Positions 20,584-30,432 of a stretch of 64,000 nt of DNA are shown here, piece by piece. Positions within the stretch are counted from its first letter, which is position 1, and every line of letters begins with the position of its first letter. The DNA lies in the NCBI GenBank assembly GCA_963790205.1, contig CAWBNQ010000003.1, positions 128,001 to 192,000 on the forward strand, written 5' to 3'. The position numbers and the translations under genes were made by a program. Under the pieces are notes generated by a model. It ran no database searches and was not told where the DNA came from. It saw nothing but the letters and a program-made list of their open reading frames with translations. The DNA is from Nitrospirota bacterium. Lineage in GTDB: Bacteria; Nitrospirota; UBA9217.

Positions 20584-21264
20584 TCACTTCAATATCCCCA
20601 TCACAATCGAAATCGGTATTGTCGCATACCAGAGAAAGAGGATGATCGATGCGGTCATACCTGTTTTTTCCACCACCGGGAGCGTCCGGTCGTTGTTCAA
20701 TCCCCAGGTCTGAATGGAGCTCTGTATCCCGTGGTAAAGATGCAAGAGCAGGGCGACGAGGGAAGCAACATAAACAAGCGAGATGTCGATGTGCCGGAAG
20801 CTCCGGACGACCATCATGAACACGTCGGGTCTGCCGAGACTGTCGGGATGCGCGTCCGCGGCGATAGAGGGGTTTGTGACCTGGAAAGTAAAGTGCAGAA
20901 GATGGTAGATGAGAAAGGTAATAAGGAAAGCGCCTGTCCAGATCATGTTCCGGCCGGCGAAGGTGGCGTTGAGGTAATGAGTGAGCGCGTACGCCTGAGG
21001 TTTTGCTGAATGGTTTTCGAGCTTCAACATCGTGCCATACCATATATGGAAGGCAAAGGCCGCGACCAGGACGGCGCGCCCCCCCCAGACAAAAACCGGC
21101 AGGCCGTACAGGCTGACGACATAGGCATTGAGCTTGTGAAAGAAAATGGAGGAGTTGCCGACAACGTGAAAGATGACGAAGATGACCAGTATCTGGCCGG
21201 TTATCGCCATGACGATCTTTCTGCCGACGGAGCTTTCAAGAAAGTGCGTCGCTCTGTTATACAT
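20584..21264 (-). CDS. sdhC: Succinate dehydrogenase cytochrome b subunit
   Basis: SSVGRKIVMAITG, five TM segments with His ligands, operon position. Confidence 0.92.
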   Translation of the reverse strand: MYNRATHFLESSVGRKIVMAITGQILVIFVIFHVVGNSSIFFHKLNAYVVSLYGLPVFVWGGRAVLVAAFAFHIWYGTMLKLENHSAKPQAYALTHYLNATFAGRNMIWTGAFLITFLIYHLLHFTFQVTNPSIAADAHPDSLGRPDVFMMVVRSFRHIDISLVYVASLVALLLHLYHGIQSSIQTWGLNNDRTLPVVEKTGMTASIILFLWYATIPISIVMGILK

Positions 21265-21577
21265 ATGATCCCACAGAAGCTGATAGCCGTCTTCGATACA
21301 TCATTGCATGCGGCGCCATCATTTGTACGCTCATGAGGAAAGCCGATCCCCGGGAAGCCAACCGGAAGGTTGCATGGTATGGATCAAATTATACCTGCTT
21401 CGCCGTATTTTTGCATCAGGAATGTGCGAAGTCCTAAAAAGCATGACGTGCCGGCATTACTTCATTAGGAAAATCGCAAAATGTTCATGCATACCTTAGG
21501 TCGTAGTATGGTACAATAATAGTTAATTGCTGGACGGACCGCTTACATGACGGCTTACTGAGATCTGCAATGCGCTT

Positions 21578-22492
21578 ATGAGAATTCCGGTTGTCTCTAC
21601 GATACTTATTCTGCTCATCCTGGCAAATGGGGAGGTCGCGCTTTCTGCGACAGCCGCTCCCGTGGAAGTGGGGCCGATTCAGGTCGCTCCTAAGACCACG
21701 CTGGTCGGACAGCACCCGAGAATCACGGCAGAGGTCAAGCGAACCACGTTAGCGACCCCCCAGCAGTCCCTTGTAGTCAATGTCATCGCAGTCGTGGTTC
21801 TTCCTGACAACAGGACCAAATCGTGGATTTGGAAAAACGTGGTCCTGGCTCGCGGCGCAGCAAAGGAATTCTCTCCTCCCGATGAATATGACGTCACGCT
21901 TGCCGGGAAATACAAGATCGAGTTTCACGTCTACAGCGCCGATATGCGCCGTCGTTTCGGAACCCGCTCGACGACTTTTTCCGTGATCCCTCCTTCGCTC
22001 CCGGCTGAGCATAAGGTGCCGGCACGTGCGGAGGCTCCGCCGCACCGTGTCGCGGAACGGGGCTCCTTCGGCGTCGGACTCTATGGCAACATGCTGAACC
22101 CGGCCGGCGGGGCGACGCTCATGCTGTGGCCCTTTCAGAACGTCGGGTTGCAGGGAACGTACACGGTCGGGATCTTTACGACCTACGAGGCTCGACTGCT
22201 GGCGAAGCTCGAACTCCCTTCGAGATACAATCCCTATATCGGGGCGGGATATCTGAGCGTCTCCAAAGAGACGGACATCATCGGCATCACGACGGAATTC
22301 CGGGACAAAGGCGTCAGCGGCGTGATCGGCGTCGAGATTCCACTCGGCCGCAGCACATTCGGCTATGTTGAGGTAAGCGGAAATGCGATCCATCTGCAAA
22401 AGATCGTCACGAACGGAATGCAGACGGTGAAATCCACCGTGAAATATATTCCCGCTACCATCGGCGTTGGCATTGTCTATTACCTGTTCTGA
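21578..22492 (+). CDS. Exported protein, probable C-terminal outer-membrane beta-barrel
   Basis: Signal peptide, NPYIGAGY, terminal GIVYYLF. Confidence 0.6.
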   Translation: MRIPVVSTILILLILANGEVALSATAAPVEVGPIQVAPKTTLVGQHPRITAEVKRTTLATPQQSLVVNVIAVVVLPDNRTKSWIWKNVVLARGAAKEFSPPDEYDVTLAGKYKIEFHVYSADMRRRFGTRSTTFSVIPPSLPAEHKVPARAEAPPHRVAERGSFGVGLYGNMLNPAGGATLMLWPFQNVGLQGTYTVGIFTTYEARLLAKLELPSRYNPYIGAGYLSVSKETDIIGITTEFRDKGVSGVIGVEIPLGRSTFGYVEVSGNAIHLQKIVTNGMQTVKSTVKYIPATIGVGIVYYLF

Positions 22493-22565
22493 TGCGCCTC
22501 AGGCGCTTGACGCCATGGGTTATCAATGCTTTCCTTCGTCCCGTACGATTGTGACTTCGAGGCTT

Positions 22566-23957
22566 TTAATCCTCTCCAGCGCCCCCGGTCATTTTCTTCG
22601 GATCGAGGAGCCTGTCCAGTTCCTCTTTCGACAGATCCGTCATTTCTGCAGCGACATCTTTTAATGAACGTCCTGCCGCATAGGCCTTCTTCGCGATCTC
22701 TGCCGCCTGGTCGTAGCCGATAACGGGATTCAGGGCAGTGACAAGGATCGGGTTCTTATCCACCAAGCCGGCAATACGCTCCCGATTCACGGTGAAGCCC
22801 GCTATTGCCTTGTCGGCAAGGAGCCACGCGGCGTTGCCCAGGATCGTGATGGACTGGAGCAGGTTATGGGCGATGCAGGGGAGCATCACATTGAGCTCGA
22901 AATTGCCCTGCTGGTTGCAGGTTGTGATGGCAGTATCGTTTCCCGTCACCTGGGCCGAGACCATCATCACCATCTCGCACATGACAGGGTTCACCTTGCC
23001 GGGCATGATGCTCGAACCGGGTTGAAGAGCAGGGAGCCTGATCTCGCCGAACCCCGCGAGCGGTCCGCTGTTCATCAGCCGGAGGTCGTTGGCCATCTTC
23101 ATAAACGACGATGCCGCGGTTTTGAGGTGCCCGGAGAGCTCCACCGCCGTGTCCATCGCGGCCTGGGCCGCGAAGTGATTATCCGTCTCAACAAAGGGGA
23201 ACTGGGTGCGCTGCGAGATCTTGTCAGCAACACGCGCGCCGAACCCGGGAGGAGCATTGATGCCCGTGCCCACGGCTGTGCCGCCGAGCGCCAGCCTTGC
23301 CAGCCGCGGCAGGCAGGATTCGATGCGTTCGATAGCCTGCGCGACCTGGTAGGCCCAGCCGCTGATCTCCTGGCTCAAGCGGACCGGCGTGGCGTCCATC
23401 AAATGCGTCCGGCCTGTCTTGACGATATCGTGAAGCGCGGATTCCCGCTGCTTGAGCGTTTTGTGGAGGTGCTTCAATGACGGCAGCAGCACGTCGTTCA
23501 CCTCGAGATAGGCGCTCACGTGGATCGCCGAAGGGATGACGTCGTTGGAGGACTGGCCCCTGTTCACATCGTTGTTCGGATGGACCTTCGCTCCTGCGGC
23601 GCCGAGGATCCGCATGGCGCGGCTGGCGATCACCTCGTTGGCATTCATGTTCGTGGACGTGGCCGATCCGGTCTGGAAGATGTCGAGCGGAAAGTGGTCG
23701 TCCCAGGCGCCGTCGGCAACTTCCTGGGCCGCCTGCCGGACCGCCTGCGCCGTCGCGGGAGCGAGCAGGCCCAGCTCCGCGTTCACTTCGGCCGCCGAGG
23801 CCTTGATGAGCCCGAGGGCCCTTATAAAGACGCGCGGAAAGCGCAGGCCGCTTACGGGGAAGTTGTCGATCGCCCGCTGTGTCTGCGCCCCGTAGAGCGC
23901 GTCCGACGGCACCTTTACTTCACCGAGGGAGTCTTGTTCGATGCGATAGTCGGTCAT
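22566..23957 (-). CDS. fumC: Class II fumarate hydratase
   Basis: GAQTQRA, GRTHLMDATP, GSSIMPGKVNP. Confidence 0.93.
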   Translation of the reverse strand: MTDYRIEQDSLGEVKVPSDALYGAQTQRAIDNFPVSGLRFPRVFIRALGLIKASAAEVNAELGLLAPATAQAVRQAAQEVADGAWDDHFPLDIFQTGSATSTNMNANEVIASRAMRILGAAGAKVHPNNDVNRGQSSNDVIPSAIHVSAYLEVNDVLLPSLKHLHKTLKQRESALHDIVKTGRTHLMDATPVRLSQEISGWAYQVAQAIERIESCLPRLARLALGGTAVGTGINAPPGFGARVADKISQRTQFPFVETDNHFAAQAAMDTAVELSGHLKTAASSFMKMANDLRLMNSGPLAGFGEIRLPALQPGSSIMPGKVNPVMCEMVMMVSAQVTGNDTAITTCNQQGNFELNVMLPCIAHNLLQSITILGNAAWLLADKAIAGFTVNRERIAGLVDKNPILVTALNPVIGYDQAAEIAKKAYAAGRSLKDVAAEMTDLSKEELDRLLDPKKMTGGAGED

Positions 23958-24351
23958 ATTTTAATCCGGACGAGCCGGAAGAAATAGCGCTGAGAGCTCA
24001 CCGGTCGTGCATTCTGGAGTGAGCGCATTCCCCGCTGATGCCTATTACGAACGAACCTTCATGTGCAGCAGGGAGCTTCAATTAAGTCTGAATAAGGAAG
24101 CTGTCAGCCATGAGCTACGAGCCGGTTGCCTTCTTGGAGTCCCGAGCGTGTCGGTGGCAGAAAAGTTTTTTAAGAATCATGGTTTCAATTATACCCGCAA
24201 AGGCCGGATTTTGCATTGTCTTTTTTTTATGAACTATCAAGTTTAAAATGCAGCAGGGAGGCGATTTCACCTCTTTTCCACGACCATGCCATTGACCAAA
24301 GCGGGAATTGACACTATAATGAAACAAGAATAATCACTCAAGAGGTTTGTT

Positions 24352-25773
24352 ATGGAGGTTTGTGTGAACGGCGTCTGCAGTCCCAGCCCCAGTTACAGCA
24401 TTACCATACGGGTGGAGATCGAGAACCGCATCGGCATGTTCGCGAGGATCGCCACGGCCATCGGCAGCGCGGGCGGCGATATGGGCGCAGTGGACATCGT
24501 GCGCGTGGAGAAAGGCAAGATCATCAGGGACATTACCGCGAATGCCCGCGATGAGGAGCATGAAAGGGACATCGTCAGGGCCATCAAGGCCGTGGGAGGT
24601 GTGAAAGTTCTCCGGGTCATGGACCGCACCTTCCTCTCGCACCAGGGCGGGAAGATCGAAATCAAAAACAAGCTGCCGGTGCGGGACCGGAACGACCTCT
24701 CCCAGGTCTACACGCCGGGTGTGGCGCGGGTGTGCATGGACATCCATCGCCATACCGAGCATGCGTACCGCTACACCATCAAGGGAAATTCCGTGGCCGT
24801 CGTGTCCGACGGGACCGCGGTACTCGGCCTGGGCGACATCGGGCCCGAGGCGGCCCTTCCGGTGATGGAAGGCAAGGCCATGATCTTCAAGGAGTTCGCC
24901 GGCATCGATGCTTTTCCGATCGTGCTCGCGACCCAGGATGTCGGCGAGATCGTGTCGACGGTAAAAAACATCGCACCCGCATTCGGCGGCATCAACCTCG
25001 AAGACATCTCCGCTCCCCGCTGCTTTGAGGTCGAAGCGCGGCTCCGGAAGCTCCTTCGCATCCCTGTTTTCCATGATGATCAGCACGGCACATCCGTGGT
25101 CGTCCTTTCCGCGCTCATCAATGTCTCGCGCCTGCTGAAGCGCGACCTCAGGAAGTTTAAGGTCGTTGTCGTGGGGGCTGGTGCTGCGGGAACGGCTACG
25201 GCGAAGATCCTCCTCGCTTCGGGGGTGAAGGACATCATCGTCTGCGACCGGGCAGGGGCGCTTTATGCAGGCAGGAAACAGGGTATGGACCCCGCCAAGC
25301 GCGAGCTTGCGAAACTGACGAATCCCCGCAGGGTAAAAGGGAGCATCGCCGAAGCGATGCGAGGGGCGCAGGTATTCATCGGCTTGTCCGCACCGAACGT
25401 GATCACCCCCGACGACATCCGGCGGATGGGCAAAGACCCGGTGGTCTTCGCGCTGGCCAATCCCGATCCCGAGATCTCGCCCGAGGAGGCCCAGTCGCTC
25501 GTTCGTATCATCGCGACAGGACGCTCCGACTATCCGAACCAGATCAACAACATGCTCGGCTTTCCCGGAATTTTCCGGGGCCTGCTCGACGTGCGGGCAC
25601 AAGGCGTGAACGAGGCGGTGAAGCTCGCTGCCGCCCGCGCCATCGCCCATACGGTCGTGACCGGCGAGCTGCACGAAGACTACATCATTCCGAGCATCTT
25701 CGACCGTTCAGTCGTCGCCTCCGTGGCTGCAGCCGTTGCCGAAGCGGCGAGGAAAACAGGACTGGCGGAATAA
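24352..25773 (+). CDS. NAD(P)-dependent malic enzyme with N-terminal ACT domain
   Basis: YTPGVA, PVMEGKA, NLEDISAP, HDDQHGT, GAGAAG. Confidence 0.93.
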   Translation: MEVCVNGVCSPSPSYSITIRVEIENRIGMFARIATAIGSAGGDMGAVDIVRVEKGKIIRDITANARDEEHERDIVRAIKAVGGVKVLRVMDRTFLSHQGGKIEIKNKLPVRDRNDLSQVYTPGVARVCMDIHRHTEHAYRYTIKGNSVAVVSDGTAVLGLGDIGPEAALPVMEGKAMIFKEFAGIDAFPIVLATQDVGEIVSTVKNIAPAFGGINLEDISAPRCFEVEARLRKLLRIPVFHDDQHGTSVVVLSALINVSRLLKRDLRKFKVVVVGAGAAGTATAKILLASGVKDIIVCDRAGALYAGRKQGMDPAKRELAKLTNPRRVKGSIAEAMRGAQVFIGLSAPNVITPDDIRRMGKDPVVFALANPDPEISPEEAQSLVRIIATGRSDYPNQINNMLGFPGIFRGLLDVRAQGVNEAVKLAAARAIAHTVVTGELHEDYIIPSIFDRSVVASVAAAVAEAARKTGLAE

Positions 25774-25889
25774 CAGGGGTCAGGGGACAGGGCTCAGGGT
25801 TCAGAAAATCAGACAACCTGGTTCTCTGTCCGGCGGGATTCATCCTGTACCCTGCCCCCCGTACCCTGAACCCGGATACGAGGTAATGC

Positions 25890-27161
25890 ATGAACCGCGA
25901 TCATGAACGCCTCCACCGCGACGAGAAAGACCTCCGCAGCCTCGGCATGACCGAGCTGCAGGAAATCTACGCCGACCTCGCCCTCTCGAGGGAAGAGCTC
26001 GACCTTCTGTCCGCCCCGCGCCGTTCCTTCACCGTGAGCTTCCCCGTGAAGATGCCCTCCGGGAGAACACAGATGTTCACGGGCCACCGGGTGCAGTACA
26101 ACGACGCCCGCGGGCCGTCAAAGGGCGGCATCCGTTTTCATCCCGAGATGACCCTGGAGCACACGAGCGAGCTGGCCTTCCTCATGGCCCTCAAGTGCGC
26201 GGTAGTGAACATCCCCTTCGGCGGATCAAAGGGCGGCGTTGTCGTCGATCCCCTGAAACTGAGCCAGGGCGAGTTGGAGCTCGTGACGCGCGGCTACATC
26301 CGCGCGATCGCTGATTTCATCGGGCCGTTTAAGGACATTCCCGCGCCCGATGTCTACACCGACGAGCACATCATGGCATGGATCCTCGATGAATACGAAC
26401 GCATTAAACGAGAGCACATCCCTGCCGTGGTGACGGGCAAGCCGCCCGAGCTGGGCGGCATCCATGTGCGGCGCTACTCCACCGCCCTGGGCGGCGTCCA
26501 TGTGCTGGAGCAGGCCATGAAGGAGCGCGGCATGGAGGCCCGCGGTACGCGCGTGGCGGTGCAGGGCTTCGGGAACGTGGGCGAGAATGCAGCCCGCATC
26601 CTCCATCACTGGGGATACACCGTCGTTGCCGTAAGCGACGTGAACGGCGGCATCCTGAACCCGGAGGGCCTCGATATCACTTCGCTCAGGCGTTACAAGA
26701 ACAAGACCGGAACCGTCGTCGGGTTCGAGGACACGAAAAGCATCACGAATGCCGAGCTTCTCACGAATGATTGCGATATCCTGATCCCTGCCGCCCTGTC
26801 GAACCAACTCAACGAAAACAACGCTGGGGCCGTCAAAGCAAAGATCGTTCTCGAGCTCGCCAACGCCCCCTCGACAGCTGCGGCGGACGATATTTTGTTT
26901 GGAAGGGACGTCATGGTCGTGCCCGACATACTCGCCAATGCCGGCGGCGTGGTGGTGAGCTATTTCGAATGGAGCCAGAACCTGAGCAATGATTACTGGA
27001 CGGAGCCCAAGGTCCTCGAGAAACTGAAGCAGACCATGATCACCGCATTCAACGACGTTCACGCCCTCTGCAAGGAAACGCAGTGCAGGCTCAGGAAGGC
27101 CGCGTACCAGCTCGCCGTGAAACGCATCCTCTATGCCGAGCGGTTGCGGGGAAACCTGTAA
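25890..27161 (+). CDS. gdhA: Glu/Leu/Phe/Val dehydrogenase (glutamate dehydrogenase)
   Basis: KGGIRFHP, GGSKGG, DIPAPD, QGFGNVG, NAGGVVVSYFEW. Confidence 0.92.
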   Translation: MNRDHERLHRDEKDLRSLGMTELQEIYADLALSREELDLLSAPRRSFTVSFPVKMPSGRTQMFTGHRVQYNDARGPSKGGIRFHPEMTLEHTSELAFLMALKCAVVNIPFGGSKGGVVVDPLKLSQGELELVTRGYIRAIADFIGPFKDIPAPDVYTDEHIMAWILDEYERIKREHIPAVVTGKPPELGGIHVRRYSTALGGVHVLEQAMKERGMEARGTRVAVQGFGNVGENAARILHHWGYTVVAVSDVNGGILNPEGLDITSLRRYKNKTGTVVGFEDTKSITNAELLTNDCDILIPAALSNQLNENNAGAVKAKIVLELANAPSTAAADDILFGRDVMVVPDILANAGGVVVSYFEWSQNLSNDYWTEPKVLEKLKQTMITAFNDVHALCKETQCRLRKAAYQLAVKRILYAERLRGNL

Positions 27162-27398
27162 GGATTTTCTCCCTCGGGGACGGCGGGGGTCGCAGGGCAA
27201 TCCGCTGATTGTGGCAAAAAGGTAACAATCCTAACACCGGGGCCCGCATTTTGCCCGAAATCAATCCTGCCAAGGCATCTCATGCATGTTGTCAGCTTCG
27301 GGATTTTTTAACCGCACGTTGATATATCCTTCTGATAAATAAACAAATTAAGCAAGAACAATTCTTGTCCGCTCCTTTTTTGCCCGACATTCGTTTTG

Positions 27399-27415
27399 CA
27401 GGCACAAAAATTGCG
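27399..27415 (+). promoter_or_regulatory. Sigma54 (-24/-12) promoter
   Basis: caGGCACaaaaaTTGCg with an AT-rich tract upstream. Confidence 0.6.
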
Positions 27416-27507
27416 TTATAATACTATAAGAATGTCTTATATCGGGCCGGAATACCCGGGGATCCCGGCATGTGCTGCTGTACGAAGTGTGCGCTCAGGA
27501 GGTAGAA

Positions 27508-27855
27508 ATGGAAGATTATCTGAACAGCAAAGGTCTTTGCCATGTATGCAGAGAGGAACTGACGACGATCCATGTGGAGGCGGCTCCGGGGCTGGAGATC
27601 TTTGTCTGCGAGAAGTGTCTGGAGAGCGCGAAGCAGAACTTTATCTGGATCTGCATGCACTGCGGCAATGTGTACATCAGGCCGAAGTCGTCCGTGCTTA
27701 AGAGGCTCAGCGAGCCCGGGCTCAAGCAGGCCTACTATCAGTGCGAGGACCTGCAGATCATCCAGGGGATCGACCGGTGTATCGAATGCGGACCCGACGA
27801 GATCGTGGAATATGTTGCAGCGGCAAAGAGTGAAAAATGCGGCGGGCATTGCTGA
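27508..27855 (+). CDS. Cys-rich hypothetical protein (4 CxxC)
   Basis: AGGAGG RBS; CHVC, CEKC, CMHC, CIEC. Confidence 0.75.
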   Translation: MEDYLNSKGLCHVCREELTTIHVEAAPGLEIFVCEKCLESAKQNFIWICMHCGNVYIRPKSSVLKRLSEPGLKQAYYQCEDLQIIQGIDRCIECGPDEIVEYVAAAKSEKCGGHC

Positions 27856-28002
27856 CGGGCGCGGAAGTCACTGCTCGGGAAACACACATGATCCGGCCCC
27901 CCATAAAAACAGGTTAATCCCTTTCGCCTCGGTCCTCTTCCCCGGTGGGGGAGAAGGCAGGGGTGAGCTGTATTTTCGGAAGGAAAGCGCAGGTGATGCG
28001 GT

Positions 28003-28452
28003 ATGAAAAAAAGGCTGGCTGAACAGTTCAGCCGGGAAGTGGAGAGCTACCGGACGGCGCTTCTCTTTTGCGCAAGGAAAAACGACTGGGAAGAATTCAA
28101 AGCAAAGGCAGGGAAGCTGTTCGATTACGTGGAAACCATCGAACGCGTTGAACTCGAAAAAAGGTTCTTTTCGGTCTTCTCCGGCATTCTTGCCGCGCTG
28201 GTGCTGACCGTTATCGCCCTCTTCAGCGTAAACTTCGAGGTCAGCCCGGAATCGATGAGGCTGAAGAACACGGTACTGTTCACTGCCATCGCGGCGAGCA
28301 CGTTAGAGCTGTACTTCTATATTAACTACCGTACATACGCCGGCGTCAGGACTTCTCTTTACAAGGAGCGGCGCGAGAACTTCATCAAGAACATCGAACA
28401 AGATTTCCGGAGTTTCGATCTCCAGAAACGAGGCGGCGAACTGACCCCTTAG
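28003..28452 (+). CDS. Hypothetical two-TM membrane protein
   Basis: Two hydrophobic segments, plausible RBS. Confidence 0.7.
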   Translation: MKKRLAEQFSREVESYRTALLFCARKNDWEEFKAKAGKLFDYVETIERVELEKRFFSVFSGILAALVLTVIALFSVNFEVSPESMRLKNTVLFTAIAASTLELYFYINYRTYAGVRTSLYKERRENFIKNIEQDFRSFDLQKRGGELTP

Positions 28453-28651
28453 AACGAGGAGACAGTTCTCGTCCGTCATGTTGTTTCAGCGTCAATCTGC
28501 CCAAAGATTCTTTCTCCTGGTCTTCCGGGTGCGGCTAGATTTCAGTTCTAAAAGCAGCACTCCTCCTCTCAGCAGCATTCTTCCCCATCAGCAGGTCTTG
28601 AGGCCCGAGCTCTTCTTAAAAATATATCCTCTTCTATGATACAATATACGT

Positions 28652-29227
28652 ATGGAAAGACATGATGAACTGAAAAAGAAGACGAAGGCGGATCCCGTGT
28701 CGCCTGACCCGGTCGAGGAAATAATGCCTTCCGAATACCTGGGGGAAGTGAAGGACCATATCAAAAACGGGAAGCCTCTTCATGCCTACAGTCTCGCTAC
28801 AGAGGCTGTTTCGAAGTATCCCGAGAACCCCCTCCTCCTTTCCTATTACGGTCATCTTCAGGCTCTGGCGGTCGCCAAGTATCGGACCGGCATTGAAACC
28901 TGCAAGAGGGCCATCGCGTTAGCAGGGGAGCGAGGATTGTTCGGGGAAGAGGCGCTTTATGCTGTGTTATATCTCAATCTCGGCAGGACATACCTTGCAG
29001 CGGGCATGAAGCAGGATGCGATCGATTCTTTCCGGAAGGGGCTCAAATTCAACAGCCAGAACATTGAGCTCCTGAAGGAATTGCGGGGAATGGGGACGAG
29101 GAAAGAAACGCCCGTGGCCTTTCTTGGCCGCTCGAACCCGATCAATAAATATCTCGGCAAGGTCCTTCACACGACAGGGAATAGACACTGGGGAGGGCAG
29201 AGAAGCAGGGGTCACGGTGCGCGGTGA
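28652..29227 (+). CDS. TPR-repeat protein
   Basis: YLNLGRTYLAAG...AIDSFRKGL. Confidence 0.75.
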   Translation: MERHDELKKKTKADPVSPDPVEEIMPSEYLGEVKDHIKNGKPLHAYSLATEAVSKYPENPLLLSYYGHLQALAVAKYRTGIETCKRAIALAGERGLFGEEALYAVLYLNLGRTYLAAGMKQDAIDSFRKGLKFNSQNIELLKELRGMGTRKETPVAFLGRSNPINKYLGKVLHTTGNRHWGGQRSRGHGAR

Positions 29228-29380
29228 CAGGGAAGCGCAGTGACCGCGGAACATACAAACTAAAATCTCGCGTACGAATGACGCATGCAAAATACGAAAT
29301 ACTATTTATTGCCATAAGTCCCAACCCTTCCATGAACCCGCTCATGCCGCGTCAATAGGCAATCAAATATATTTCACGTA

Positions 29381-29725
29381 TTACTCGTTCCTCTTGATAT
29401 ACTCTCCGAGAATCCCCCTGCTGTGCTCGTCTTCATGACAATAAATGCAGAGGTTCTCCCAGTTTGATCCGTCCGGTGGATTGTTGTTGTGGTCCCCGTC
29501 CTTATGGTGCACCGTAAGGAGGTTCCGGTTCATGGAATCGAATTCCCTTCCGCACTTGGCGCAGATCAGGCCGTGGATCCTGAGGGACTGCTCCCGGTAG
29601 TCGGCATTGGCCGCGGACAGCCCCTTCAGTTCCCGGACGATCTCTTCTGCGCTTTTCCCCTCGGCCGGCATGTGCGGCTGGGGTCTTCTGATCTTTATCC
29701 GTTGCCTGTTTCCCAAGGTATCCAC
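29381..29725 (-). CDS. YajD-family HNH nuclease
   Basis: YREQSL, CAKCGREF, TVHHKDGDHNNNPPDGSNWENLCIYCH. Confidence 0.88.
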   Translation of the reverse strand: MDTLGNRQRIKIRRPQPHMPAEGKSAEEIVRELKGLSAANADYREQSLRIHGLICAKCGREFDSMNRNLLTVHHKDGDHNNNPPDGSNWENLCIYCHEDEHSRGILGEYIKRNE

Positions 29726-29841
29726 CTCCCCGTATCACTTCAATTTATAGTATAGACATTCCTATGAACCATGTACACTGTCTTTTTAACCCAAACAGCC
29801 CAGCCCTTGAAAAAAACAACAATCCGTGTATACTTTCCTCC

Positions 29842-30207
29842 ATGAAAACCAAAAAGAACTTGATCATCGTCGGAGATCGCGTCCTTATCGACCCTGACGA
29901 GCGAATGGATAAGACCCCCTCGGGACTCTATCTTCCCCCCACGGTCAAGGAAAAGGAAAAGATCCTGGGAGGGCATGTCGTGAAAACGGGCCCCGGGTAT
30001 GCGATCCCGGAGACGACGCCGGATGAAGCCTGGAAATCCGGCAAGAAGGACGTGAAATACGTACCGCTGCAGGCGTCGGACGGCGATTACGCCATATTCC
30101 TCAAAGACGCTGCGATGGAGATCGAATTCGAGGACAAGAAGTACCTCATTGTTCCCCATTCCGCGATCCTCGCGCTGGTCCGCACGGAACTATCCGAGGA
30201 TACCTGA
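29842..30207 (+). CDS. GroES/Cpn10-family protein (no groEL in window)
   Basis: VGDRVLI, TPSGLYLP, VVKTGPG. Confidence 0.85.
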   Translation: MKTKKNLIIVGDRVLIDPDERMDKTPSGLYLPPTVKEKEKILGGHVVKTGPGYAIPETTPDEAWKSGKKDVKYVPLQASDGDYAIFLKDAAMEIEFEDKKYLIVPHSAILALVRTELSEDT

Positions 30208-30432
30208 CGCGTCCCTTGTTCGCGCACTGACGCTCCAAACCGGCCAGCGCTGCATGCTTTCGGGCAAATCCGTATCATGGAAAATTGTGCTAAAATGTAA
30301 ATAGAGACAAGCACATAGAAGTCGCACGGGGACCGCAAGTCTCTCAATATACGGGACAAATTATATCTAGATTGACCGTTGCCGGTCCGCTTTTTGAGCG
30401 TCACCAGCATTCAAGGGGAGAGATTGAAAAAC

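Noticed and set aside
25777..25790. GGGGTCAGGGG as another Y1 end
   Set aside because: The match is only 8 nt and belongs to a heptamer tandem array
29842..30207. Solo groES as a novelty
   Set aside because: Stand-alone Cpn10 paralogues are common
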